From the NCBI GenBank assembly GCA_009783145.1, contig WRHR01000004.1:3691-67690 (forward strand): a DNA stretch of 64,000 nt. Reading direction: 5' to 3'. This document shows, in pieces, positions 38,346 through 48,387 of this stretch; position 1 is the first letter of the stretch; every line of letters begins with the position of its first letter. The stretch is from Alphaproteobacteria bacterium (lineage in GTDB: Bacteria > Pseudomonadota > Alphaproteobacteria > Rs-D84). The notes beneath the pieces were generated by a model. That model was not told where the DNA came from and searched no databases. It worked only from the letters and a program-made list of their open reading frames with translations. Both the position numbers and the translations under genes were made by a program.

Positions 38346-39566
38346 ATGACATTCAACGACATTCTTAAAGAATCCTGGCTAAGTATCAGCGGAAATAAAA
38401 TCCGGTCGTTTTTGACCATTCTGGGCATCATTATCGGCGTTATGGCCGTCGTCATCATGATGTCCGTCGGAGACGCCGTGCAAAAGCAGATTACGGACCA
38501 GTTTTCGGCACTGGGGACGAATACTATCATGATTCGCGCGGGCGCGTCGCAAAGCGCCGGAGTGCGGACTTTTGCCGGCATGCAGACACTGACGATTCAG
38601 GATGCGGAAGCCATAGGATCGCTGCCGGATGTGGAATATATCACCCCCTTGCGCACGATGGGCGTGATGGTGATCGCCGGAAACAGAAACTGGGGCACTA
38701 CGGCCGCCGCCGCGTATCCGGCTTATCAATATATCCAGAATATAGAGATGGAGCGCGGCGCGTTCTTTGATAATCAGGCCGTGCGCAATGCCAGCACTTA
38801 TGTGGTGCTGGGCCCGACGGTGTCGAAGGAGTTGGAGCTGGGCGCGGATCCGGTGGGCCAGGTAATTCGTCTGAACGGCGTTCCTTTGGTTGTTATCGGG
38901 GTTACCAAGGAAAAGGGGGGCGCCGGGATGTCCAATTCGGACGATATGATTTTCCTGCCGATCACCACCTTGCAAAAAAGAATCAACAGCAGCCGTTTTC
39001 CCAACTCGGTTCCGCAGATAGTTCTTAAACTGCGCGCGGGCGCCGACAATGCGCTGGCGGTGGAGCAGATAACGCAATTATTGCGCGAGCGCCACAGGCT
39101 GAAAGACGACGCTCGCGACGACTTTCAGATTACCGATATGAAGCAGGTGATGGATACTATGAATACCGTTACGGGGTTCCTTAAAATGCTGTTGATGGCG
39201 ATCGCGAGCGTATCGCTGCTGGTGGGCTCTATCGGAATCATGAACATGATGCTGGTCAGCGTGGCCGAGCGCACGCGCGAAATAGGAATCCGCAAGGCTA
39301 TCGGCGCGCGCGAAAGCCATATCACGATTCAGTTCCTGTCCGAATCCGTCGTCATTTCGTTTATGGGGTCGCTTATCGGCTTTATATTGGGCTTGGTGCT
39401 GTCGCAGACGGTCTTGCCGAGCGTTATGGATATGAGCGTGCCGCTCAGCGTTTGGTCTGTCGTGCTGTCCATAGCGGTTGCGCTGGTCGTTGGTGTCGCC
39501 AGCGGAGTCATGCCCGCGCGCAAGGCAGCAAAGCTCAATCCGATAGATGCGTTGCGGTACGAGTAG
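38346..39566 (+). CDS. MacB-like ABC permease
   Basis: RSFLTILGIIIG, ERTREIGIRKAIGA, LNPIDALRYE. Confidence 0.95.
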   Translation: MTFNDILKESWLSISGNKIRSFLTILGIIIGVMAVVIMMSVGDAVQKQITDQFSALGTNTIMIRAGASQSAGVRTFAGMQTLTIQDAEAIGSLPDVEYITPLRTMGVMVIAGNRNWGTTAAAAYPAYQYIQNIEMERGAFFDNQAVRNASTYVVLGPTVSKELELGADPVGQVIRLNGVPLVVIGVTKEKGGAGMSNSDDMIFLPITTLQKRINSSRFPNSVPQIVLKLRAGADNALAVEQITQLLRERHRLKDDARDDFQITDMKQVMDTMNTVTGFLKMLLMAIASVSLLVGSIGIMNMMLVSVAERTREIGIRKAIGARESHITIQFLSESVVISFMGSLIGFILGLVLSQTVLPSVMDMSVPLSVWSVVLSIAVALVVGVASGVMPARKAAKLNPIDALRYE

Positions 39567-39659
39567 AGTATCGCAAACGCTATGCGTTTGCTAGAGTAAC
39601 AGAGTAAGAGAGTAAAAGAGTAGGAAAATTAGAAATATTCTCTTACTCTTCTACTCTGC
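39565..39659. repeat. Inverted octamer array (AGAGTARR) with nested hairpin
   Basis: agagtaac agagtaag agagtaaa agagtagg ... tattctct tactcttc tactctgc. Confidence 0.8.
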
Positions 39660-39673
39660 TGACAAAGTTGGCA

Positions 39674-41395
39674 CTACATTTCGGAAGGAACGCGAAGCCC
39701 CATTAACTCAATCGCCATTACTAAAGTATCCCGTGCCTTTGCGGCGATTTGCAAGCGGTGGGCGCGCGTATCCCCGTCCACGTCTTCGCGCAATATCGGG
39801 CAATTGTGGTAAAAAGTGTTCGCCATCTGGCACAGGTCGTAAGCATAGTTTGTCAGAATATCCGGAGACCGTTTATCAAACGCATTCTGCACCGTGCGCT
39901 CGAAATCCATAATCCCAAGAAGAAGATTACGTTCTTCGATTGAAAGTTTTGTTATCTTTGCTCTATGCTCTGTGCTCTGTGCTCTTTTTAATACGCTATT
40001 CAGCCTTACCGCCGTATAAAGGATATACGGCCCCGTGCGGCCTTCGAATTGCGTCACCGCGTCCGGGTCGAAGATATAATCGGACTTTACGTCATGCATC
40101 AGATCGTTGAATTTCAACGCCGCCAGCGCGATCATTGCGATTGTGTCATCGGGCAGATTCTTTCCGCTTTCCTTGACGCGCGCACACACAGCCTCGATTA
40201 CCGTGTCTATGACCCCGGTCAATGTAGCATTGGCCCCGCTGCGCGTTTTCAGCGGCTTGCCGTCCTTGCCGTTTATGCTGCCAAAGCCCACGCTTTCCAA
40301 TGCGCTTCGCGGGAATAATCCGATCATTTCCGATACGCGGAATAATTGCTCGAAATGCAGGTTCTGCCGGAAATCTGACACATATATGATTTTATCCGGA
40401 TTGTCCGTGTTTTTCTTATAGTACGTCGCCGCCAGGTCCGTGGAGTCGTAAGTATCTGCCCCGCGCGAGTCATAAAACATAAACGGAGGCATCGGCGCGG
40501 TGTCAAGGTCCGTCTTTAAATTTATTATCGTTGCGCCGTCGTCGGTGGTCAGAAGATTTTTATCACGCAGTATTTTTTCAACCGCGTCCAGATATTTAGC
40601 GGCGTTACGCTCGCCCAAGGTATTGTCGAATGGTATGATGTTCAAGCGCTTGACGACCGATTCCATCTCGGACATGCTGATCTTCATCATTTTTTCATAC
40701 AGCGCGAAGTATTCCGGATGCCCGTCCTGGAATTTTTTTTTGATTGCTAAAACCTGCTTTAAAAATTCCGGATTTTCTTTTGCATGCGCGCTTGCGGCCG
40801 GATAATAATCGTTGAATTCGGTTTCGTCGATTTTGAAATCCGGTTTATTCCAGTCTTGCGGGAACTTTTTCATAATCCATGCGATGACCAAAGCCATGGG
40901 CTTTCCCCAGTCGCCGATATGGTTGTATGAAATCGGCCGGTGACCCAAAAAGCGCGCGATGCGGTAAAGAGTGTCGCCGACAATGCTCCCGCGCAGATGC
41001 CCGATATGCATGGCCTTTGCGATATTATAAGAGCCGTAGTCCAGGTCGATGATTTCCGATTTCCGATTTATGATTTGCGATTTCTGATTTGCAGAATTTA
41101 AAATAAATTCATCCTTCAATTTTATATTTATAAACCCGGGGCCGGCAATGGATATATCTGCGACAAAATCCAGCGCCGCGATATAGGGAAGGATCGTTTC
41201 CGCAATTTGGCGCGGAGGTTGACCCAGTTGTTTGGTAAGAACCATTGCGGCGTTGGTTGCATAGTCGCCGAAAGCGCGGTCCTTTGGAGCTTCTATGGAT
41301 ACGGCTGCCAAGTCGACTCCACTCAATTCCGGCACGCATCCCAATGCGGCTTTTATAGAATCTGAAACGGATTTATAAAGGTTCATTGTTTCCAC
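39674..41395 (-). CDS. argS: Arginyl-tRNA synthetase
   Basis: FGDYATN, GPGFIN, NIAKAMHIGHLR, GPYILY. Confidence 0.97.
   Translation of the reverse strand: METMNLYKSVSDSIKAALGCVPELSGVDLAAVSIEAPKDRAFGDYATNAAMVLTKQLGQPPRQIAETILPYIAALDFVADISIAGPGFINIKLKDEFILNSANQKSQIINRKSEIIDLDYGSYNIAKAMHIGHLRGSIVGDTLYRIARFLGHRPISYNHIGDWGKPMALVIAWIMKKFPQDWNKPDFKIDETEFNDYYPAASAHAKENPEFLKQVLAIKKKFQDGHPEYFALYEKMMKISMSEMESVVKRLNIIPFDNTLGERNAAKYLDAVEKILRDKNLLTTDDGATIINLKTDLDTAPMPPFMFYDSRGADTYDSTDLAATYYKKNTDNPDKIIYVSDFRQNLHFEQLFRVSEMIGLFPRSALESVGFGSINGKDGKPLKTRSGANATLTGVIDTVIEAVCARVKESGKNLPDDTIAMIALAALKFNDLMHDVKSDYIFDPDAVTQFEGRTGPYILYTAVRLNSVLKRAQSTEHRAKITKLSIEERNLLLGIMDFERTVQNAFDKRSPDILTNYAYDLCQMANTFYHNCPILREDVDGDTRAHRLQIAAKARDTLVMAIELMGLRVPSEM
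39955..39982 (-). repeat. In-frame (TCTDTGC)x4 array in argS
   Basis: Encodes RAQSTEHRAK. Confidence 0.85.
41051..41092 (-). repeat. In-frame (GATTTNN)x6 array in argS
   Basis: Encodes ANQKSQIINRKSEI. Confidence 0.85.
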
Positions 41396-41400
41396 CTTTC

Positions 41401-41424
41401 CTACTCTCTTGCTCTTCTACTCTG
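41401..41424. repeat. Octamer array upstream of argS
   Basis: ctactctc ttgctctt ctactctg. Confidence 0.65.
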
Positions 41425-41425
41425 T

Positions 41426-41458
41426 AAAATAAAATCCGCCATCAGCGGATTTTATTTT
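41426..41458 (-). terminator. Terminator after rpmG
   Basis: aaaataaaatccgc catca gcggattttatttt. Confidence 0.8.
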
Positions 41459-41639
41459 ACGATGGCATTTTGGTTTCCACAAATTCCACATGCTTGCGCA
41501 ATTTCGGATCGTACTTGCGCATTTTCATCTTGCCCTGAGTATTTTCGGACTTGGTGTTTTTCGTCTTTGTGTAAAAGAAGCCGGTTTCCGGATTATGCAT
41601 CTTTACGACAATTTTAGCTGCTTTTTTCTTGTTCGCCAT
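41457..41639 (-). CDS. rpmG: 50S ribosomal protein L33 (zinc-free)
   Basis: TGFFYTKTKN, KYDPKLRKHVEFVE. Confidence 0.95.
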   Translation of the reverse strand: MANKKKAAKIVVKMHNPETGFFYTKTKNTKSENTQGKMKMRKYDPKLRKHVEFVETKMPS

Positions 41640-41699
41640 TTTAATTACCTTTTTGTTCGTGCGGGCATTTTAAGGCACGATTCGCCAAAAATCAAGAAA

Positions 41700-43538
41700 T
41701 TATTCTACCGTCACGCTTTTGGCCAGATTGCGCGGCTGATCCACGTCGCGCCCCAGTTTCAGTGCAGAGTGGTATGCGAACAGTTGAAGCGGGATTATCA
41801 TCAGGAAAGGCGCCAAAATAGGCAAGGTTTCCGGAACTTCTATGACGTCGTCGGCAATATCCCGGGCCTCGGTATCCCCGGCGGTGCAGATGGCGATTAC
41901 CCGGCCCTTGCGGGCTTTGACCTCTTTCATACTTGATATATTCTTTTCGCGCAGGCCATCGTTTGGGACCAGGAACATGGAGGGCATCGCCTCGCTTATT
42001 AATGAAATAGTGCCATGTTTTAGTTCGCCGGCGCCAATGCCTTCGGCGTGAATATAGGATATTTCTTTCAGCTTTAATGCGCCCTCACGCGCCACTGGCA
42101 GACAGATTCCGCGTCCCAAGAATATGAAATTCGGATAGTTGCAATATTTTTCGGCCAGCTTTGCTATCGTAGAATCCAATTCCAAGGTTTCCTTTATCAG
42201 CGCCGGAATTGCCGAGAAAGCCTTTATAAACGCGTCGCCCTGGACGGATGTCATCTCGCGCAGGCGCGCCATAATCGCTGCGAAAATCGCGAAAGCCGTG
42301 ATTTGCGAAGTAAACGCCTTGGTGCTGGCGACCGCTATTTCCGGGCCCGAGTGAATATATACGCCCCCGTCGGTCTCGCGCGCTATGGTAGAGCCTACCG
42401 CGTTGCATATGCCCAGAACCCGCGCGCCCTTGCGCTTTAATTCCCGCAGCGCTATCAAGGTATCCGCGGTTTCCCCAGATTGCGATACGACGAAGTACAT
42501 GCTGTCCGGTTCAACGATGATATTCTTATAGCAGATTTCCGAGGCCAATTCCGCCCTTGCCGGCACTCCCGCCATGGACTCCAAAAAATTCGCCCCGATA
42601 CAGCCCGCAAAATAAGACGTGCCCGCGCCGACGATGACAACTCGGCGAATCGCGCGCAGCTCGTCCTCGGTCATATTCAACCCGCCCAGCTTCCCCGTGG
42701 AAGCCGCCAAGTCAAGCCGCCCGGTTGTGCCGCGCTTGATGGATTCGGGCTGCTCGAAAATTTCCTTCAGCATAAAGTGCGGGAAATCGCCCTTTTCAAA
42801 ATCGTCGTTTCTAAATTCGATATTGTCCGCGGTCTTTTTGATATCGCGGTTCTTGCCGTCGGTTATATTGAAGCCGTCCGCAGTGATGGACACTATTTCC
42901 CCATCATCCAAATAGACTACTTTCTTCGCGTGCCGGGTAAGAGCGCCCGGATCCGACGCCAAAAACATCTCGTTGTCGCCAATCCCCAGAACCAAGGGCG
43001 AGCCACATCTGGCGCCCACCAAAACGCCCGGCGCGTCGGCATGCATGGCGATGATTCCGTAAGTTCCGCGCAACATCGGCAGAACCGCGTGTATGGCGGC
43101 GTTCAAGTCGCCGTTCCAAGCTTCCTCTAACAGGTGCGCAATAACCTCGGAATCGGTCTGGGATTTAAATTTATGGCCGTTTGCGATCAGGCGGTCTTTC
43201 AACCCGGAAAAATTTTCGATGATTCCGTTATGAACGACGGCAATCTTGCCGGTGCAGTCGGTGTGCGGGTGAGAGTTTTCTTCGGATACCTCGCCATGGG
43301 TCGCCCAGCGCGTATGCCCTATTCCAAAGCTCGCCTTGTTGTCCGTCGCAAGGGAAGATTCCGCAACCGCCTCCGTTAAATTGTTCAGCTTGCCAACGCG
43401 GCGAACGACGATTATGCTATTCTCGCCGCTGACCGCGATACCGGACGAATCATATCCGCGGTATTCCAGACGGCGCAAACCCCCAAGAAGGATTTCCGAA
43501 GTATTTTTCACGCCGCAGTATCCGACAATTCCGCACAT
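41700..43538 (-). CDS. glmS: Glutamine-fructose-6-phosphate aminotransferase
   Basis: MCGIVG, LEYRGYDS, HTRWATHG, SQSGET, PRNLAKSVTVE. Confidence 0.98.
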   Translation of the reverse strand: MCGIVGYCGVKNTSEILLGGLRRLEYRGYDSSGIAVSGENSIIVVRRVGKLNNLTEAVAESSLATDNKASFGIGHTRWATHGEVSEENSHPHTDCTGKIAVVHNGIIENFSGLKDRLIANGHKFKSQTDSEVIAHLLEEAWNGDLNAAIHAVLPMLRGTYGIIAMHADAPGVLVGARCGSPLVLGIGDNEMFLASDPGALTRHAKKVVYLDDGEIVSITADGFNITDGKNRDIKKTADNIEFRNDDFEKGDFPHFMLKEIFEQPESIKRGTTGRLDLAASTGKLGGLNMTEDELRAIRRVVIVGAGTSYFAGCIGANFLESMAGVPARAELASEICYKNIIVEPDSMYFVVSQSGETADTLIALRELKRKGARVLGICNAVGSTIARETDGGVYIHSGPEIAVASTKAFTSQITAFAIFAAIMARLREMTSVQGDAFIKAFSAIPALIKETLELDSTIAKLAEKYCNYPNFIFLGRGICLPVAREGALKLKEISYIHAEGIGAGELKHGTISLISEAMPSMFLVPNDGLREKNISSMKEVKARKGRVIAICTAGDTEARDIADDVIEVPETLPILAPFLMIIPLQLFAYHSALKLGRDVDQPRNLAKSVTVE

Positions 43539-43661
43539 ATAGGCCCCCTTTGTACAAAACATATTTTATACTGTTTCAGGGGCGATTTTAATGCATTTTA
43601 TATAACGGAGTATAACAAGGTATAATTGATTTTAATAAAGGATCCCTGTATCATATATGCC

Positions 43662-44483
43662 ATGAGTAACAATCAGCCTGATATTTTTAAGAGGATCAAA
43701 TCTGATGCGCCGCTGGTTTTCGCGCATCGCGGGGCCAGTGCCGATGCGCCTGAAAATACTATGGCCGCATTTCGCCTGGCGAAAGAATACGGGGCGAACG
43801 GCATAGAGCTGGATGTGCATTTGTCGGCCGACGGACATCTGGTAATTATTCATGATTATACGCTGAACCGCACGGCCAGAATGCCAGACGGCAAAAAGCT
43901 GAAATCTGAAACCCCGGTTAATGATTTAACTCTGGCTCAATTGAGAAAATATGATGTCGGGATTTCTTTTTCAAATAAGTATGCCGGCGAAAAAATTCCG
44001 ACATTGCGCGAAGTAATGGATTTTATTGGTCCCGATGTATTGTTGAATATTGAAATCAAAGCGGATATGGAACATCCCTATCGTGGAATATCCGCGGCAT
44101 TGGCCTTGTTTTTATATGAATATTCGCAAACTAAATCTATAAATAATGTTACTGTGTCGTCGTTTCATCCATTGGCGTTGAATTGTTTTCGCCGCGCAGC
44201 TTGCGAATTAAAGATGAACATTCCGATTGCATTGTTTTATGGCACGAACAGGGAGGTTCCTTGGTATCTGCGCCGCGGACAAGGAGCTTTATTATGCAAT
44301 CCGGACATATTGCAGCCGCTGTATTCGGACCTGGCGAAGAAAAAGAACCTGTCTGGTAAAAACAGGCCGATCATTGCGTGGACTATAAATGATAAGAATG
44401 CCGATAAGGAATTGATTGATAAAAATATCGCCGGGATAATCACCGATAATCCGAAAGGAATATTAAAATTAAAAGCAAAGTGA
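43662..44483 (+). CDS. Glycerophosphodiester phosphodiesterase
   Basis: AHRGAS..PENT, IELDVH, IHD, IPTL, NIEIK, ITDNP. Confidence 0.92.
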   Translation: MSNNQPDIFKRIKSDAPLVFAHRGASADAPENTMAAFRLAKEYGANGIELDVHLSADGHLVIIHDYTLNRTARMPDGKKLKSETPVNDLTLAQLRKYDVGISFSNKYAGEKIPTLREVMDFIGPDVLLNIEIKADMEHPYRGISAALALFLYEYSQTKSINNVTVSSFHPLALNCFRRAACELKMNIPIALFYGTNREVPWYLRRGQGALLCNPDILQPLYSDLAKKKNLSGKNRPIIAWTINDKNADKELIDKNIAGIITDNPKGILKLKAK

Positions 44484-44492
44484 AATTCCAAT

Positions 44493-44519
44493 AAAAAACG
44501 GGCGATTGCCCGTTTTTTT
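44493..44519. terminator. Bidirectional terminator
   Basis: aaaaaacgggc gatt gcccgtttttt. Confidence 0.85.
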
Positions 44520-45384
44520 ATTTCTGGTTCGAATAGAATATGCGATTTCTGGCTTTTAAATTCTCGAGTTCTTGTTTTGACAATCCCTTGTACGAGTATG
44601 CCTGGTCGCCGCTATCATTATTCTCATACCTAATGGTGGCCCAATAATCGTCCAGCAATTCGATATAAGGAATTTCAATCCGCCCGCCAACGGAAGATGA
44701 ATTCTTGGCGCTAATTTCTTGAAGCTGTTGTTGAATTTGCGAGTTTTGTTCCTTCTTGTTTGCTTTATGAACGTCTATTTGTTTTTGCAATTCATCTATT
44801 TGAGAAAGAATCTTATTTATCTCTGAGTTTTCAAAACTAATGGAACCGCGCGCCCGGGTTATAGAATCCAAGTTTTCATGGAATTGCGCCAGCGTTGCAT
44901 TATCACGATAATTTTTCATATTATTATCGCGGCTTCGTATTTTCGCTTGCTCGATAATTTTACAAAGGGATTCGTTTTGAACGCTGAATCCTTCGCCGAT
45001 GCCAAATCTGAAAACTTGATTCGGATGGCGCAGTTTCAGAGATTTTATGAAATGAAATTTCCTTTCATCGTTGAACATCCAGTAACCAAAATCACCTGCC
45101 GCACTTGCGTCCAGTTCAACCAAATCCTTTTTTGTCTTTGCCCGTTCCAGTACTTTTTTATCTCTTGTTTCCCACCACAAATTTTTCCAGTCTGCGTCTT
45201 GTGGAACGGAATGATATATGCGCAACGCGACGGCGCCGCGGGTAAATTCAGCAAGATTCAAATATCCGGATAAATCCCATAAGGAAAGAGATACGGATTC
45301 TTTCTGGTTTATTTCCGCCAAAGAACCGCAGTTGTTATCATCAAGAATGGCCTTGATATTTTTGCGAGAGGTCTTTTTTAACAT
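44518..45384 (-). CDS. Hypothetical protein with coiled coil
   Basis: Long AT-rich ORF; AAGGA RBS before ATG at 45384. Confidence 0.7.
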   Translation of the reverse strand: MLKKTSRKNIKAILDDNNCGSLAEINQKESVSLSLWDLSGYLNLAEFTRGAVALRIYHSVPQDADWKNLWWETRDKKVLERAKTKKDLVELDASAAGDFGYWMFNDERKFHFIKSLKLRHPNQVFRFGIGEGFSVQNESLCKIIEQAKIRSRDNNMKNYRDNATLAQFHENLDSITRARGSISFENSEINKILSQIDELQKQIDVHKANKKEQNSQIQQQLQEISAKNSSSVGGRIEIPYIELLDDYWATIRYENNDSGDQAYSYKGLSKQELENLKARNRIFYSNQK

Positions 45385-45529
45385 AACGCATCCTTTATAT
45401 TCTGTCCCCCTCCCGACAATCTTTAACACAAGGATACAAGTTTATTAACGAAAGTCTAGTTTTATTTTTTGTCTAAAAAATCGTGCATTTCAAAAACAAA
45501 ATGACCGCAAGGGTCATTTAATTTTTTGG

Positions 45530-45559
45530 CTTGCCACCCGAAGCCTTGGCGAAGGGTGG
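45530..45559. repeat. REP-like family A abutting the tRNA-Val CCA end
   Basis: cttgccacccgaagccttggcgaagggtgg. Confidence 0.85.
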
Positions 45560-45632
45560 TGGGTGATGACGGACTCGAACCGCCGACCTGCTGGATGTAA
45601 ACCAGACGCTCTACCAACTGAGCTAATCACCC
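45557..45632 (-). tRNA. tRNA-Val(TAC)
   Basis: GGGTGATTAGCTCAGTTGGTAGAGC..CTGG TTTACAT CCAG..GGTTCGAGTCC..ATCACCCACCA, 76 nt. Confidence 0.95.
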
Positions 45633-45637
45633 CATAG

Positions 45638-45720
45638 AAGTTATAAGTTATAAAGGATAAGTTATAATAGACCGAGCAACGCCGAACTATTATAACTTAT
45701 AACTTATCCTTTATAACTTA
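45638..45720. repeat. Inverted AAGTTAT/AAAGGAT pair with conserved core
   Basis: Core accgagcaacgccgaa; contains the ybaB stop codon. Confidence 0.9.
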
Positions 45721-46017
45721 CTCCGGCAATGGCATTCCGGCTGTCGCCGCCGACATAACCTTGTCTATCAAGTCGTCCGCCTTGGCCTTGGCATCATTAA
45801 ACGCCGCCGTTATTAATGCAGTAACCGTTTCCAGATCTTCTTTCATCAAGTCCGGGTTCAGCGTCAATTTCACCAGGTCGTACTTGCCGGTCATTTCCAC
45901 AATAACCAGACCGTTCCCGGCGATTCCCTTGACCGTGGATTTGCCCAACTGATCCTGTGCCGTCGCAACTTTACCCTGCAATTGCTTCGCCTGCTCCATC
46001 AATGCTTTCATATCCAT
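45718..46017 (-). CDS. YbaB/EbfC nucleoid-associated protein
   Basis: MEQAKQLQ, GIAGNGLV, AAFNDA. Confidence 0.92.
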   Translation of the reverse strand: MDMKALMEQAKQLQGKVATAQDQLGKSTVKGIAGNGLVIVEMTGKYDLVKLTLNPDLMKEDLETVTALITAAFNDAKAKADDLIDKVMSAATAGMPLPE

Positions 46018-46037
46018 CGTTTGCTCCCTTTGGTCGC

Positions 46038-46102
46038 AGGTAGGAGGTAGGAGGTTTGAGGTAGAAGGTAATCGACAACCTCTTACTTCCTACCTCAAAC
46101 CT
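46038..46102. repeat. Inverted AGGTAGG/CCTACCT pair in the pnp-ybaB spacer
   Basis: aggtagg aggtagg aggtttg aggtaga aggtaat ... cttactt cctacct caaacct. Confidence 0.9.
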
Positions 46103-48253
46103 TTATTTTTCCGTGGCGCCGGTCTTTTGATTGATTCCGACCATGCTGAAACGGGTCTTGCCGCGCTTATCAACACCCAGGTATCTTACGAAGACTTTAT
46201 CGCCTTCTTTCAGTTTAGCGTCCTCTATTTTATTCAAGCGCTCGCCTGTGATTTCGGAAATATGGACCAAGGACTCGAAAGTTCCGTTCATAATCTTCAC
46301 GAATATTCCGAAGTCTTTCATCCCGGAAACGACGCCTTCGTAAATCTCGCCTACTTCAGGTTCCGCTGTAATCGCTTTAATCCGTGCGATTGCGGCATCT
46401 GCGTCCGCCTTGTCAACGGCCATAATCTTTACCGTGCCGTCGTCGGAAAGGTCTATATTTGTGTTTGTTTCCTTGGTCAGAGCCTGAATCACGCTGCCGC
46501 CCTTTCCAATCACATCGCGGATTTTATCCGGATTGATTTTCATTATAAAGGCCTGAGGCGCGTATTCGGAGAGGTTTGAGCGCGGCGCTTTAATCGTCTT
46601 GGTCATGATGCCGAGTATATGAAGGCGGCCGTCGCGCGCTTGCGCCAATGCCTGCTTCATAATCTCGAACGTGATGGAGGTAATTTTGATATCCATCTGC
46701 AATGCCGTGACGCCCTTGTCCGTGCCTGTTACCTTGAAATCCATATCGCCCAAGTGGTCTTCGTCGCCCATGATGTCGGTCAGGACTTCGAACTCGTCGC
46801 CCTCCTTAATCAGGCCCATCGCGATACCGGCAACCGGGCGGGTCATCGGCACTCCGCCGTCCATCAATGCCAGCGTCGTTCCGCAGACCGTCGCCATAGA
46901 GCTGGAACCATTAGATTCCAACACGTCGGAAACCGCGCGAATTGTGTAATCGAACTTTTCCTTTGATGGCAACATCGGGTTAATCGCGCGCCAGGCCAGC
47001 TTGCCGTGTCCCAACTCGCGCCGTTTCGGCGCGCCGATGCGTCCCGTTTCACCGACCGAGAACGGCGGGAAGTTATAGTCCAGGATAAAGCGGTCATCAG
47101 ATGCGCCGTCCATGGCCTCTATCGGTCGCGCATCCTTGTCATTGCCAAGCGTTAAAGTCACCAAAGCTTGCGTTTCGCCGCGAGTAAAGAGCGCCGAGCC
47201 ATGAGTCCTTGGCAGCAATCCAACCTCGACTTCGATCGGGCGCACGGTTTTGGAATCGCGGCCGTCGATACGCGGCTTTTTATCCAGGATATTGCGGCGC
47301 ATGATGCGCGATGTGATAGCCTCGCAAATTTCCCCGGCCCATGCTTTTTGCGAATCCGTTGCATCCGGGATGGAAGCTTTGGCATCCGCCTTTATCGCGT
47401 CTAAGGCCGCGTAACGCTCCATCTTCGCCGCAATCGTCAAAGCCTCGGCAATGCGGTCCGCAAAGCGTTCCAAATCCGATTCCATCTGCTTGTATTCGTC
47501 AGAGCGCTGTGACACCGCCCATGCGGCCTTGCCAACTTTTTCTTTCAGCTCTGCAATCGCAGCGATAACCGGTTGAAACGCTTCGTACCCGAACTTCACC
47601 GCGCCCAGCATTTCTTCCTCGGACAGCTCGCCCGCTTCGGACTCCACCATCAGAACGCCGTCTTTCGTTCCGGCCACGACCAATTCCAATTCCGAATTTT
47701 CAATCTCTTTCTTGGTCGGATTCAGCAAGTACTTGCCATCCGCAAACCCAACGCGCGCAGCAGCAATCGGCCCCATAAAAGGAACGCCCGAAATCGCAAG
47801 CGCTGCGGATGCCGCAATCATTGCCATGATGTCCGGCTGATTTTTCCGGTCATAAGAAAAGCAGGTCGCGACGATCTGGGTATCGTTTGTGAAAGTTTCC
47901 GGAAACAGCGGCCTGATTGGGCGGTCTATAAGACGCGCGGTCAGGGTCTCATTAAGCGTAGATTTTCCTTCGCGACGATCGCGGCTTCCCGGGATGCGTC
48001 CGGCGGACGCGAACTTTTCTTGATAGTCCACGGTCAGGGGAAAGAAGTCTTGTCCCTCTTTAGCCTCATGCGCAGACACAACGGTTGCCAAGACCATCGT
48101 CTGGCCCATAGTCGCCATAACGGCGCCGGTTGCTTGCTTTGCAAATCTGCCGGTTTCCAGGATTAGTTTTTCTCCGCCGAAATCGATTTCCACGGATACA
48201 GGATTGTTCAAGACATTTTTGGGCGCCTTGTCCCCGAATAAACCAAATAACAT
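46103..48253 (-). CDS. pnp: Polyribonucleotide nucleotidyltransferase
   Basis: DFFPLTVDY, RLIDRPIRPLF, SNGSSSMA, GDMDFKV, KH and S1 domains. Confidence 0.98.
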   Translation of the reverse strand: MLFGLFGDKAPKNVLNNPVSVEIDFGGEKLILETGRFAKQATGAVMATMGQTMVLATVVSAHEAKEGQDFFPLTVDYQEKFASAGRIPGSRDRREGKSTLNETLTARLIDRPIRPLFPETFTNDTQIVATCFSYDRKNQPDIMAMIAASAALAISGVPFMGPIAAARVGFADGKYLLNPTKKEIENSELELVVAGTKDGVLMVESEAGELSEEEMLGAVKFGYEAFQPVIAAIAELKEKVGKAAWAVSQRSDEYKQMESDLERFADRIAEALTIAAKMERYAALDAIKADAKASIPDATDSQKAWAGEICEAITSRIMRRNILDKKPRIDGRDSKTVRPIEVEVGLLPRTHGSALFTRGETQALVTLTLGNDKDARPIEAMDGASDDRFILDYNFPPFSVGETGRIGAPKRRELGHGKLAWRAINPMLPSKEKFDYTIRAVSDVLESNGSSSMATVCGTTLALMDGGVPMTRPVAGIAMGLIKEGDEFEVLTDIMGDEDHLGDMDFKVTGTDKGVTALQMDIKITSITFEIMKQALAQARDGRLHILGIMTKTIKAPRSNLSEYAPQAFIMKINPDKIRDVIGKGGSVIQALTKETNTNIDLSDDGTVKIMAVDKADADAAIARIKAITAEPEVGEIYEGVVSGMKDFGIFVKIMNGTFESLVHISEITGERLNKIEDAKLKEGDKVFVRYLGVDKRGKTRFSMVGINQKTGATEK

Positions 48254-48362
48254 AATTTTTCTCCTTTTGCGTTTGGTTTTAAGTTACGCAGGAGAAAATT
48301 ATTCGTTTTTATGCGCTTATCTATGCATAAAAATGAATAATCGCTTACCCCTGCGAGTTGTG

Positions 48363-48387
48363 CGAATGCGGGCCACGCCCGCATTCG
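48363..48387 (-). terminator. Hairpin directly after rpsO (terminator or processing site)
   Basis: cgaatgcggg ccacg cccgcattcg. Confidence 0.55.
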
